DNA of 64,000 nt from Octopus vulgaris (Eukaryota): assembly GCA_951406725.2 (NCBI GenBank), contig OX597824.1:6882001-6946000 (forward strand), read 5' to 3'. A program made the position numbers and the translations under genes. The notes under the pieces were generated by a model that ran no database searches, was not told where the DNA came from, and was given only the letters and a program-made list of their open reading frames with translations. This document shows, piece by piece, positions 25,069 through 38,600 of this stretch (within the stretch, counting starts at the first letter, position 1; every line of letters begins with the position of its first letter).

Positions 25069-25931
25069 TTTGCCTTTCATGCTTTCAGGGTCGATTAAAT
25101 AAGTACCAGTTACGCACTGGGGTCGATATAATCGACTTAATCCATTTGTCTGTCCTTGTTTGTCCTCTCTGTGTTTAGCTCCTTGTGGGCAATAAAGAAA
25201 TAGGTATTTCGTCTGCCGCTGCGTTCCGAGTTCAAATTCCACTGAGGTCAACTTTACCTTTCATCCTTTCGGGGTTGATTAAATAAGTACCAGTTACGCA
25301 CTGAGGTCGATATAACCGACTTAATCCATTTGTCTGTCCTTGTTTGTCCTCTCTGTGTTTAGCCCCTTGTGGGTAGTAAAGAAATAGGTATTTCGTCTGC
25401 CGCTGCGTTCCGAGTTCAAATTCCACTGAGGTCAACTTTACCTTTCATCCTTTCGGGGTTGATTAAATAAGTACCAGTTACGCACTGAGGTCGATATAAC
25501 CGACTTAATCCATTTGTCTGTCCTTGTTTGTCCTCTCTGTATTTAACCCCTTGTGGGTAGTAAAGAAATAGGTATTTCGTCTGCAGCTACGTTCTGAGTT
25601 CAAATTCTGCCGAGGTCAACTTTGCCTTTCATCCTTTCAGTCAATTAAATAAGTACCAGTTATGCACTAGGGTCGATATAATCGACTTAATCCATTTGTC
25701 TGTCCTTGTTTGTCCTCTCTGTGTTTAACCCCTTGTGGGTAGTAAAGAAATAGGTATTTCGTCTGCAGCTACGTTCTGAGTTCAAATTCTGCCGAGGTCT
25801 ACTTTGCCTATCATCCTTTCAGTCAATTAAATAAGTACCAGTTATGCACTGGGGTCGATCTAATCAACTTAATCCATTTGTCTGTCCTTGTTTGTTTGTG
25901 TTTATCCCCTTGTGGGTAATAAAGAAATAGG
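25064..25931 (+). mobile_element. SINE family B tandem array, about 4.7 units of ~184 bp
   Basis: Units start at GGTATTTC at 25203, 25387, 25571 and 25753. Confidence 0.95.
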
Positions 25932-26009
25932 TTGATGATATGTTGACAGGAGAAGCGACAACTTTTGTAGACAGCGAATGTAAACAAACACAGTAAACAA
26001 ATACAGAAG

Positions 26010-26052
<43 letters not shown>

Positions 26053-26361
26053 TGTATGTGTGTGTGTGTGTGTGTCTGTACATATGACAGGCATGTTTCA
26101 GTTATTAATGTTATTTGCAATAAGACACAAAGATTATTTTCACTGAAATATTGATTGAAAAACTGCAGCTTTATTTAGTTTTTACACCTGTTAATTACAA
26201 ATATCTTTATGCTTTTTGAATTTCTGCCAAGGTTCATGTCTAATGAGTATATATCAGTTGTTTTTGTGAAAAATGTTTTGAAAAAATTTTTTTTTTCTGA
26301 TTAACAAAACATCCAGCACAAAATCATACCATTCAAAATTAGGTTTACATAGAACCAGCAA

Positions 26362-26965
26362 TCATCATCATCATCGTCATTGTTCAACATCTGCTTTCTA
26401 TGCTGACATGGGTTGGATGGTTTCACTCAGGACTGGCAAGCTGGAAGGCTGTACCAGGCCCCAATCTGATCTGGCAAGCTGGAAGGCTGTACCAGGCCCC
26501 AATCTGATCTGGCAAGCTGGAAGGCTGTACCAGGCCCTAATCTGATCTGGCAAGCTGGAAGGCTGCAGCAGTCTCCGATCTGATCAGACAAAGTTTCTAC
26601 AGCTGGATGCCCTTCCTAATGCCAACCACTCCAAGAGTATAGTGAGTGCTTTTTCTGAGCCACCGGCATGGGGGCCAGTCAGGTGGTATTGGCATCGATG
26701 ACACTTAAATGGTGTTTTTTATGTGCCACCAGCACTGGAGCCAATCAAGCGACACTGGCAACAACCCCGGTCGAATGGTACCTTTTACATGTCACTGGCA
26801 TGGGAGCCAGTGAGGTGGCACTGGTAATAACCACACTTGAATGGTGCTTTTTACATGCCACCAGCAGGGAGACAGTCAGGAGATGTACTCTTTACATGCC
26901 ACTGGCATGGGAGCCAGTCAGGCAGCACAGGCATCGACCATGGTTGAATGGTGCTTTTTACATGT
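26362..26965 (-). mobile_element. SINE-like family C with an internal 38 bp x4 tandem repeat (26433-26585)
   Basis: CTGGCAAGCTGGAAGGCTGTACCAGGCCCCAATCTGAT at 26433, 26471, 26509 and 26547. Confidence 0.85.
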
Positions 26966-27174
26966 AAAAGTTTATTCATATTTGTACAAATAATATCTAA
27001 CTATCTATGTATCTATATATATATATATATATTTAGGGATAACCACTAGGTGGATAACCAATATGCTAGAAGAAGATCACATACGATCTAACTACAAAGA
27101 AAAGAATGTTCTCTAGAGAAATTCAGCAAACACCAGTTTGTTACTGGAGGAGGAGGGGGGATGGGATGAGATGG

Positions 27175-27400
27175 GGGAGGAGGAGGAGGAGAAAAAGAAG
27201 AAGAAGAAGAAGAAGAAAACAAAGAAGGGGGAGATGAAGAAGAAGAAGAAGAAGAAGAAGAAGAAGAAGAAGAAGAAAGAAGAAGAAAAAGAAGAAGAAG
27301 AAGAAGAAGAAGAAGAAGAAGAAGAAGAAGAAAAAGAAGAAGAAGAAGAAGAAGAAGAAGAAGAAGAAGAAGAAGAAGAAGAAGATGAAGAAGAAGAAAA
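27175..27400 (+). repeat. (GAA)n/(GGA)n purine tract
   Basis: Seen directly. Confidence 0.95.
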
Positions 27401-27749
27401 GATATCAATTTAGGGCAGTAAAAGAAGAAAAAAAACAAGACAGAAAGGAGAAAGAAATGAAATGCAGATGCCTTTTACAGATGGTTCTTTGCCATTTAAT
27501 GAAGAACCTAGTCATAACTTGTAATGGAGATGAGCAACAGATCTTGACACAGATCTAAAAGTTAACTGCTGTCAGGCAGAGGGAGAAAAGCTGAAGAATA
27601 AATTAATTGGACAAAATCGAAAAACATCTTGAAAATGCTGAGACAACATAATGAAAGAATTAGTTGTTGACCCAAAAATAACAAGGAGGCAGGAATAAAT
27701 ATGAAGAGAGATCAATGAATAAATCAATAGTTTTTTTTTATTGTTTTTA

Positions 27750-28149
27750 TTCTTTTATCTGTTTTAAGTCATTTGACTACGGCCATGCTGGAGCACTGCC
27801 TTTAGTCGAGCAAATTGACCCCAGGACTTATTCTTGGTAAGCCTAGAACTTATTATTCTATCGGTCTCTTTTGCCAAACCGCTAAGTAAGAGGGACGTAA
27901 ACACACAAACATCAGTTGTCAAGCGATGTTGGTGGGGGGCACAAACATACACACACACACACATACACATACACATATATATATATATATATTATACGAT
28001 GGGCTTCTTTCAGTTTCTGTCTACCAAATCCACTCACAAGGCTTTGGTCGGCCTGAGGCTATAGTAGAAGACACCTGCCCATGGTGGCACGCAGCGGGAC
28101 TGAACCCGGAACCATGTGGTTGAGAAGCAAGCTACTTACCACACAGCCA
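27750..28149 (-). mobile_element. SINE family A
   Basis: Reverse complement of 6883-7293. Confidence 0.9.
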
Positions 28150-28481
28150 GATTAGCAGAGGAAATTAATGACTAGTGGATGAAGTGTTTGGAAGATAGTT
28201 TTAATTAAATATCGCTTTTCCGAAATGGGAGATTTCAAATTGAAAAAAAGGATTAAAAAAAAAGTAATTACCAAAATAAAAAAAAAAAAGAAAAATAGCG
28301 AAAAAATAGAAACGTTTATTATTTTTGGAAAATTATTTTTTTTTTTTTTTTTTTTTTTATTTATGCCTAAAAGTTATGGAAAGGCAAATACAGACAATGG
28401 AAACTAAAACTACGGATATGTTCAGTGTGAAAACAAACAGTGGTTAGGATTATAATCATAATTACTGGATCTAAAAGTATG

Positions 28482-28598
<117 letters not shown>

Positions 28599-28724
28599 CA
28601 TATTGCTGTAACAAAATAGTTTATTCCATTTGCTAACATGGAGTCCTCTTTTGTCAAGACAGTTGTTGTTCTCTTTCTTCTCTCTCGAAGAAAACAGCTG
28701 AGGTAAGACTACAGAAGAATGAGC

Positions 28725-29252
28725 AATAGGCACAAGGCCCCAGTACACAACTGGTACTTAATCTATCAGCCCCGAAAGGACGAAAGGTAAAGTCGACCTC
28801 GATGGAATTTGAACTCAGAACGTAATGGCAGACGAAATACCTATTTCGTTACTACCCACAAGGGGCTAAACACAGAGAAGACAAACAAGGACAGACAAAT
28901 CGATTAAGTCAATTATATTGGCCCCAGTGCGTAACTGGTACTTAATCTATCAGCCCTGAAAGGACGAAAAGTAAAGTCAATCTCGGCGGAATTTGAACTC
29001 AGAACGGAAAGCAGACGAAATACCTATTTCTTTACTACCCATAAGGGGCTAATCACAGAGAAGACAAACAAGGACAGACAAACGGATTAAGTCGATTATA
29101 TCCATCCCAGTGCGTAACTGGTACTTATTTGATCGACCCTGAAAGGATGAAAGGCAAACTTGGCCTTGGCAGGATTTGAACTCAGAACGTAACGGCAGAC
29201 GAAATACTACTAAGCATTTCGCCTAGCATGCTAACGTTTCTGCCAGCTTGCC
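28725..29252 (-). mobile_element. SINE family B tandem array (head, two units, old-type terminal unit)
   Basis: Junctions GAAATACCTATTTC at 28834 and 29017; the terminal unit ends in GGCCTTGTGCC. Confidence 0.9.
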
Positions 29253-29409
29253 AAATTGGACGGGCAATAAATATTGTTATCTTAAGGTAGTTGCTATGGA
29301 TACCAGAGCACCAAGGCCAAGGATATTCATGGTCCCATTGATATAGTCTAATTATCTACATTCTGTGCTTGATTCTCTCTCTCTCAACACCCATCTTGGA
29401 GTTCTAAGA

Positions 29410-30085
29410 TGCAACTAAAAATTCAGATTATGTCATATTTCTGTGGAAGACATCACACATGATTGGCAACAGTCCACAATGTCACCAAAGTAATACCTCT
29501 CTAGCTGACATGACATTGTCTTGAAAACAATATTTACAATACCATTCAGAAAAGGGATTGTCCTGGAATAAATTATAGAGAGTCCCCATGTTACCTAATG
29601 CATAAATAAACATCAACACAAGCAATAATGGCGGAACATTCCCATCAAAATATTTGTCAAGTGTAAGCATAACATGTTGGATGTTGTTGTGTGGGACAGA
29701 CAAGAAGAAAAAGTATGTACTCTCTTAGAGGTCAGCTCTCTAATATCTTAGCAGTCAGCTCTCCAATGTCTCTTTTAAAATCAAAGAGAAAGAGGATAAC
29801 TATGGACAACTGCTTCAAAACCTCCAACTTCTCCATCCAGATTATGAATTCAAATCTAATCCAATAATAATTGGTGAGAATCTGGATAAACTGGAATTTT
29901 CAGAAAGAGAAATCGACCGGCTAATTCATACATTACAAGTGCAATCTGTGAGTGGAACAGTAAATATATGCAAGACTTTTCTCAAGTTTAAAATGTGGCA
30001 CTGTTTTCGTTATCACCATTGCAATGATGGAGCTTTGTATCTTTGTTAGAAACCAGCTCCTTCCTCAGAGGAAGAATCTAAATAA
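29410..30085 (+). mobile_element. R4/Dong-like non-LTR retrotransposon 3' remnant (CCHC knuckle plus restriction-like endonuclease)
   Basis: RLCHISVEDITH...*HDIV, KCKHNMLDVVVWD...CTLLEVS, KEKEDNYGQL...PIIIG...SGTVNICKTFL; frameshifted. Confidence 0.75.
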
Positions 30086-30700
30086 TTAAAACCAGAAGAG
30101 AACAAACAAAAGAATGAACATACACACACACATACAGACAAAGGTAAATTCTGTAAAATGGTTTGCATTAGGAAAGGCACCTGGCCACAGAAACCTATTA
30201 AAGCAGATACTGGAGTCTGACACAGTCCTCCAGCTCAGATCTTGTCAAACACAGAATGATGATGATGATGATGGTGATGATAATTATATGCATACAAAGG
30301 TAAAAAAAGAATATTTATGTTTTTTTTTTACAATTTGTTGAACTTTTTGCTTCTTCTTCCGTAATATATATATTTATTAATATTTTGATCAAACAGAATA
30401 TAATCTGTTTTGTTTGCAAAGCAGTAGACCATGTGCTAGTAATTATGAAATTAGGAAAAATCTTGTTTAAATATAACCACAGGTATAGCTGCATGGTTAA
30501 GAAGCTTGCTCTCACACTGCAGCAGCTTGGACAAGTATCTTCTATTACAGCCCAGGGCCAACAAAGCCTTCTAACAGGATCAGCTAAAGGAGCTTGCCAT
30601 GACAGCCACATGACTCTATGAATCCTGTCTCTAAACCCAAACCAGCACGGAAAAAAAATTAACAAAATAACAAAAAAATATGAAAAATAAAAACAATGAA

Positions 30701-31110
30701 CAGGAGTGGCTATGTGGTAAGTAGCTTGCTTACCAACCACATGGTTCCGGGTTCAGTCCCACTGTGTGGCACCTTGGGCAAGTGTCTTCTATTATAGCGT
30801 CGGGCCGACCAAAGCCTTGTGAGTGGATTTGGTAGACGAAAACTGAAAGAAGCCCGTCGTATATATGTATATATATATATGTGTGTGCGTGTATATGCTT
30901 GTGTGTCTGTGTTTGTTCCCCCAACATCGCTTGGCAATCAATGCTAGTGTGTTTACGTCCCCGTCACTTAGTGGTTTGGCAAAAGAGACCGATGGAATAA
31001 GTACTAAGCTTACAAAGAATAAGTCCTGGAGTCAATTTTCTCGACTAAAGGCGGTGCTCCAGCATGGCCGCAGTCAAATGACTGAAACACGTAAAAGAGT
31101 AAAAGAGAGT
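30701..31110 (+). mobile_element. SINE family A
   Basis: High similarity to 6883-7293. Confidence 0.9.
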
Positions 31111-31558
31111 AACATAATAATATAGAGAAAAGATATCAAAAAAAAAAAAAGATGAAAACACAACAAAGCCAAAACAACAACAAAAAAAAACCCCAACCTG
31201 AAAAGTATGATTAATGAATGGATTCCTTGCTCCAGTCTGGGGTGGGGGGGCAGATGTTAAAGCTAAGACTGGAGAAATGTCATACACTGAACTGTAACCT
31301 TAATGAAAGGAACTTAATAAGAATGAAATTAAGGTTAAGGATCAGTGATAGCCCAAGAAATATCTCTTTTGTTTTATTTCTTTTATTAAACAACCATTTT
31401 CCTCGAAACTTTTCACCTCAATCAATACATGGCACAATACAGACAATTTTCACTGACATCAGTCATGGACATAAGTAGATCAGTTTCCCTTTTTTTAGCT
31501 TTCTACTCCTTGTTGGAGTAAACCTATCTACCTATCCACCTACTTACCTACCAACCTA

Positions 31559-31595
<37 letters not shown>

Positions 31596-31837
31596 CAAAT
31601 ATATCCATGGCTCTGTGTGTCTGGCTGTCAAGTGAACCAGTGAGGAGGGATGGAGGTAAGATATTGACAACAACAGCCACACTGATGCTGGTGCAAAATA
31701 ACTTTGGCTGGTTGGGCCATAAATAAAATTAGCTGTCAAGGATTGATACAAATATATATTTTTTTAAATATATATATATATATATAGGGATATTAATAAA
31801 TCACAGGGATGAAGACAGATATCATATACATACATAC

Positions 31838-31888
<51 letters not shown>

Positions 31889-31982
31889 CACACACACACA
31901 ATATATATATATATATACACACACACACAAATACATATTCACACACACACATACATACATATTCACATACATACATGTATAT

Positions 31983-32060
<78 letters not shown>

Positions 32061-32096
32061 AATACATATTCACACACATGCATATATATATATATC

Positions 32097-32130
<34 letters not shown>

Positions 32131-33279
32131 TATATACATAATATGATGTAAAAAGAAAAAAGAGAAAAACGCTATTTGAAAACATGAACATAATAAGGTA
32201 AGGAAGAGATTAAAAAAAAAACACCTTTAAAAACTAATACCGGTAATGTAATGGTGCAATTAAATTAGCAACAAACAGAAAATTAAAAGAAGTCACAGAG
32301 ATGAAATTAATTTTCTTGAGTAATATATCAGCTTTATGTGTACGAGTGCACCTAGCAAACACACAGGTAAGTGCAAGAGTATGTTGTACGTGCACACCAA
32401 GAGTGTGCAAGAAGAGAGAATGTCGGCGTTGCTATAATTGGTCTTTCTTCAAGACTTTTAGACATAGAAACATATGGTTAACGAGAACCTCTTTTAACAC
32501 CTTCATTTAATTACTTGCACTCAACTCCCATGATCACAGAGATCGCCAATAATTTCTATCATTAGTACTGACAATTTGTTAGTGCCCTTGTCCAAAATTT
32601 AAATAAATTAATTAATTAAAAGTGTTAGAAATAAAACAGAAAAAAAAAATTCCTCCAATCCCAGCTGCCTTCACCCAAGAATTTCACAAGTTCAATCTTT
32701 TTTTTTAAATGATGTTTATTCTTTTTTTTTGTTTCTTTTTTAGCTTTTCCTTGCTAATATTTTGAACCTTGATGTTAGATATTACTAACGAACTTATAAC
32801 TAGTCTTATAATGAACATATATCATATAGAGTTACAACTTATCTCCTTGAGTGTGATATAACAACTTGTAATGAGCTGCCCATAGGTTGATCATGCCATC
32901 TTAAATAAGCCACTAGATGGTTGCTTCGCTTGCTAGAAAAAGCACCCAAATCTCTTTCAAACTGCATTGTATCATTTCAAAAAAAGAACAGATTGAACAA
33001 ATGCAATTATCCTTTTTTAAATAGGTGGATTGGTCATGGCTAGAATGCCTTTGATCAATTTGAGCCAACTTGGGTTGGAAGCATTGTTATGGTCAAAGTC
33101 AAAGCTTCTTCAGAGTTACTATCGTCCTAACTGGACTGAGGAAACCATTCGTTTATTTGTTTTGGTTTGTGATTTCTTACTGCATTTCCTAACAAATAAC
33201 CACTTAATAATGCTAGCAGAAATGCTTGAGCACAGCACCAGCACTAGAGAGGTTGTCAGTCAGGCGGCACTGGCATCTA

Positions 33280-33333
<54 letters not shown>

Positions 33334-33484
33334 ATATATGGAGATATGCCGTGCTTGAGAAGACCCTGCAAGCCAAGTGAGACTGTAACCATGGCCAATG
33401 CCAGTGCAGCATAACCTGCCCATTTAAGAGTACCCTTCAATCATTGGCAATCCAAAGGCAATCCATCGCTGAACAATTCATCTG

Positions 33485-33781
33485 TTAAGACCTATAGTGA
33501 GCCTTGGAGGTTCAGCATGTCATCCACTGAGCCGCTTCCTTGTGGATATAATCAGTCCATTAGCAGGAAAGTCAACATCATATGTGAAGAATTCCATCCA
33601 CTTCACAGAATCGATCATGGATGCCCCCATTGAAACCAATCAGATGGTGAGTCTAGATGTGATAAGTCTGTTCACCAAAGTCCCAACTAGTGAAGCACTG
33701 TCGGTGATTCAAGAAAAACTAGTGACAGACACCCATTTAAAAGAACGCACTAGCATACCAAGAAGAAACTTGACTAAATGA
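33485..33781 (+). mobile_element. Penelope-like element reverse transcriptase fragment
   Basis: LRPIVS...SYVKNS...MVSLDVISLFTKVP are characteristic PLE RT motifs. Confidence 0.85.
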
Positions 33782-34371
33782 TATATTAATTGCCAACTTC
33801 CAGCCTGTCGTTAATTTGGGGCCCTAGTCTGTCTATGAGGATAGCAAGGAGGAAAATCAAACCTACCAATTTAGCTTAGAAACTATTGCAACCAGCAATT
33901 TGGTTGTCATGTTTGGTAACATCCAGAATGTTGCATATTTTCAAGAAGAAGCATCCTTCTACAGCTAGATTATTGCCAAACTCAAAGGAAGAGTTGGTGG
34001 AATGCCGAATAAATTTGATTGTGATGAGGAGGAGAGAAGCTGACATTTCAGGTTTTTACCTTTCAGCAATAAGTAGCAGCTAATTCATTTGACATTCCAC
34101 AAGATCTCATTTTCATTTATTGTTCTGGGCAAGGAACCCCCACCACCACCACCACCACTACAATACATAAAACGATCAACCCACCCACCCATGCCACTTT
34201 CCTCAGATTCCAAACTTTACTTTTCCTAGTTTCAGGTTGCTACAATGTCAAGACATGATTTTATTCTCATCCTTAAACTAGCATTTATTAACATAATATC
34301 CATAGAGGGTCACCATCACCCTGTTTGGGTTTATATCCCTTGGTTACCATATGCTAATCAGAATTCTTTTT

Positions 34372-34917
34372 TTCTTTATTTGTTTCAGTCAGTTGACTGT
34401 GGTCATGCTGGAGCACCACCTTTAGTCGAACAAATCAACTTCAGGACTTTGTAAGCCTAGTACTTATTCTTTTGCCGAACCGCTAAGTTTTGAGGATGTA
34501 AACACACCAACTTTGGTTGTCAAGCGATGTTAGGGAGACAAACATAGACACACACACCATTATAAATATGACGGGCTTCTTTCAGTTTCCATCTATCCAA
34601 ACCACTCACAAGGCTTTGGTTGACCCAAGGCTATAGTAGAATACACTTGCCCAAGGTTCCAAGCAGTGGGACTGAACCCAGAACCATGTGGTTGGTAAGC
34701 AAGCTACTTACTATACAACCACTCCTACGCTCTGTGCTTACATATGTGTGCGTGTATGACAGGCTTCTTTCAGTTTCTGTCTACCAAACCCACTCACAAG
34801 GCTTTGGTCAGCCTGAGGCTATAGATAGCAGACACTTGGCCAAGGTGCCACACAGTGGGACTGAACCCGGAACCATGTGGTTGGTAAGCAAGCTACTCAC
34901 CACACAGCTACTCCTGC
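34372..34917 (-). mobile_element. SINE family A plus a duplicated 5' half
   Basis: Full copy ~34372-34727 and a second head ~34755-34917. Confidence 0.85.
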
Positions 34918-35447
34918 ATTAACTTTTATATGAGAGGTAGAGCAGGAAATATATATTTCTGTGTAAAATGAAAGATAGTGCTATGGCAGTGATTAATAAA
35001 TGAAAGAAAAACAGAATCATCGTTATTCATAATATATCTCAATTGGAAACATAAAAACAAGAAATCTGTTTTCATTTTCATTTTCACTTAATAAAATTAT
35101 TTATTTCGAAAATGTATATTTTATATATTTTATTCAGATTATTTGATTGTGAAATTTTTAAAAAATGTAAAATTATAATTATTGTAATTATGTAACATTA
35201 CCATTCATTAGGCACAGGGGTACATACGTGTATGTATGTGTGCATGCGTGTGTGTGTGTGTTCCCAACATTAGCTGTAATGATGGATAACGCTCTAGTTT
35301 CATAAATTTCCCGATGCCATAATTTTAGTTAAAAGATGGGAATTTTTTTTCTATGGGTTTCATAAAACATTTTACATCAATTACATCAAAGAAGATAATG
35401 ATGAGACAATAAACGCGCAAATTTCCTACCCCCTCAATGCAGTGATT

Positions 35448-35760
35448 ACCTGGTACTTATGTGATTGATCCCCACAAAAGGATGAAAGGCAAAGTCGACC
35501 TTGGCAGAATTTGAACTCAGAACGTAAAGACAGACGAAATACCTATTTCTTTACTACCCACAAGGGGCTAAACACAGAGGGGACAAACGGATTAAGTCAA
35601 TTATATCGACCCCAGTGCGTAACTGGTACTTATTTAATCGACCCCGAAAGGATGAAAGGTAAAGTCAACCTTGGCGGGATTTGAACTCAGAACGTAGTGG
35701 CAGACGAAATACTGCTACGTATTTTGCCCGGTGTGCCAACGGTTCTGCCAGCTCGCCACC
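35448..35760 (-). mobile_element. SINE family B (head, unit, partial unit)
   Basis: Junction GAAATACCTATTTC at 35536. Confidence 0.9.
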
Positions 35761-35964
35761 TTACTGTGCTCTTACTCTTTTTCAGCTGAGAAAATTTGAG
35801 CAATGTGAAATCATACACCTTGCTCAATGACAAAATTCACTTCCTGGTCCAGGAACTAAATGCCCTGACCACAAGGCCATGTAATTTCATACAAGAGAAT
35901 TACACTGGTGAATCAGCGGCACTGTTAAAGTGTTAGAGATAATACTTAATGGTATTTGTTCTGA

Positions 35965-36379
35965 GGCGGCAAGCTGGCAGAAACGTTAGCGCGCCGGGCG
36001 AAATGCTTAGGGGGATTTCGTCTGCCACTACATTCTGAGTTCAAATTCTGCCGGGGTCGACTTTGCTTTTCATCCTTCCAGGGTTGATTAAATAAGTACC
36101 AGTTATGCACTGGGGTCAATATGATCGACTTGATCCGTTTGTCTGTCCTTGTTTGTCCCCTCTGTGTTTAGCCCCTTGTGGGTAGTAAAGAAATAGGTAT
36201 TTCATCTGCCGCTACGTTCTGAGTTCAAATTCCGCCGAGGTTGACTTTGCCTTTCATCCTTTCGGGGTCGATTAAATAAGTACCAGTTGTGCACTGGGGT
36301 CGATATGATCAACTCGATCCATTTGTCTGTCCTTGTTTGTCCTCTCTGTGTTTAGCCCCTTGTGGGTAGTAAAGAAATA
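35965..36379 (+). mobile_element. SINE family B dimer with a 14 bp TSD, nested in an old family B copy
   Basis: GGTATTTGTTCTGA at 35951-35964 and 36380-36393; flanks 35905-35950 and 36394-36480 are diverged family B sequence. Confidence 0.9.
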
Positions 36380-36692
36380 GGTATTTGTTCTGATACTAAC
36401 ACACTTCTAAGTACAAGCCCCACTAAGGGCAACTTTATCTTTCATACATCCAGGGTCTGTAAAAAGAATGTGCCAATTCAGAGTAGTGATTAGAGGAAAA
36501 TGTAAGAACTCCCGAGTGAACACCTTGCACTGTTTGTTCCAACTTTTTCAGGTCGTGCATTCAAATGCCACAGCAACCTAGTTCTTTGTGACCTACCAAA
36601 TGGATGCATCAGCTGGTTTAACACAATTTCCCAGAAGTTGAAAGGAGAGAAATTAATGAAGAATAACAGAGTTTTAAATTCTTTACATTAAA

Positions 36693-37090
36693 GTGTGGTA
36701 AGTAGCTTGCTTACCAACTACATGGTTCCGGGTTCAGTCCCACTGCGTGGCACCTTGGGCTCATGCCTTCTAATATAGCCTCAGGCTGACCAAAGCCTTG
36801 TGAGTGGATTTGGTAGACGGAAACTGAAAGAAGCCTGTCATATATATGTATATATATGTGTGTGTGTGTGTGTTTGTGTGTCTGTTTGCCCCCCACCCCA
36901 ACATCGTTTGACAACCGATGCTGGTGACTTTCCATGCCCGTAACTTAGCGGTTCGGCAAAAGAGACCGATAGAATAAGTACTAGGCTTACAAGGAATAAG
37001 TCCTGGGGTCAATTTGCTCGAGTAAAGGCGGTGCTCCAGCATGACTGCAGTCAAATGACTGAAGCAAGTAAAAGAGTAAAAGAGTAAAAG
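36693..37090 (+). mobile_element. SINE family A
   Basis: High similarity to 6883-7293. Confidence 0.9.
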
Positions 37091-38563
37091 TAACCAAAAT
37101 AAATAAAACATTTAAAAGATTTTTTTTTAAATCGAGGAAAATAAAAAAAAAATCTGGCTGCAAATTTGAGGATGAAAAATGCTGCTGTCTCTCAAAAATT
37201 TCTTTGTTTTCAGTTTTTCCTAAAAAAAAAAAAAAAAAGACTTTGTGGGGAACTTTGAATTTTCATCTCCCCCATGACAAGTTCCCCACACATTTCTCAT
37301 TGATTTCACTATGTGCTATAAAAATATTGCTGACGCAGACCAACACCGGCATCTTTGAAACCTGTTTAGTCATACATTTGGTAGAGTCCATTTGCTGTGT
37401 AAGCTTTCGGCTTAGGTCTCTGGTGCGAGGATACCTTCCCCCCGAACCCCCACCAGTCTCGGAAGACTTATAAAAAGGTCAAGAGCACTGCCTTGCCTCC
37501 TGACGAAAACCGAAAACAAAAAAGAAAAGGAAAAGAAAAAGAAAAACGAAACAAACAGACAAAAACAAAACAAAACAGAAACAAACGTGTTTTGCAACTC
37601 ATCTTAATAAATAAGCACCAGGAATAAATACAAACACGCAAAGCCAGTTGAAGGGATCTGAACTGAGAATCTGGTGATAATGGTAAGCCGATTGTCTGGC
37701 GTCTTATTAAAATATTTAACAACGTAAACTAAAACAACCGCCTCGCAGGTATCAAAGAAGGAAAAAAAAAAAAAAAATAATAATAATAATAAATAAAATT
37801 ATAAAAATACCATACAATGATTGAAGTAGCAAAATGGTAAAAAGAAGGAATAAATATTGGTAATATTCCAACTATAAATATCTCAGGTAATTAAATACTA
37901 CAACAGAATGCAAGGATGGTGGAGGTGAGAAGCTTCTCTGAGCAGAGATTTTATCAAAAAGCACAGCTGATCAGAGAGAAGGACGGGGGGTGGTGGAGAG
38001 AGAGGGGGGAGAAACAAAGTTGAGGATAAAACAATGAAAGAACACATGAAAGGAATGGATTTTTCCAAATAATATTAGCTTCAGCATGTGTTAAAATTCT
38101 TTGAAAACCGTTTAGAGAGCATGGCGGTTTTCTTGTCGTGTTCTTATGCCCAAAGAAAGAGATGCATAAAAGAAATAAAGACGCAACAAAACACAAGTAA
38201 AAATTAATAAACGGAATGAGTAAAACCACGAGAAAAAGAGAGAGGGAGAGAGAGAGAGAGGGAGAGAGGGAGAGAAAGGGGGGAGAGAGAGGGAGGAAAG
38301 TTTTGGAATGAATAAAGAAAATAAAAATGGTCTCAAAGAAATCGGACCAAACGCTAAAAATATGGAATTAAAGTTGAGCAAATAATGAAATATAAGTGGG
38401 TGTCTGCGTGTGTGTGTCTGTGTGTGTGTGTGTGTGGATGTGTGTGTGTGTGTGTGGATGTACATACATATAAGCATGTTTATGAATGTGTATATATATG
38501 CATGTGTGGTATACATATGAGTGCGTATATATATAAACAGACACGCATATGAGTGTATATTTT

Positions 38564-38600
<37 letters not shown>

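Noticed and set aside
25064-25931. The 184 bp tandem array as a CRISPR array or a hammerhead retrozyme
   Set aside because: Units are whole-length homologous with no unique spacers, the context is eukaryotic, and I found no CUGANGA/GAAA core in the unit on either strand
33790-34070. Coding-like sequence downstream of the Penelope RT fragment
   Set aside because: It does not continue the RT motifs and contains stops; origin unassignable
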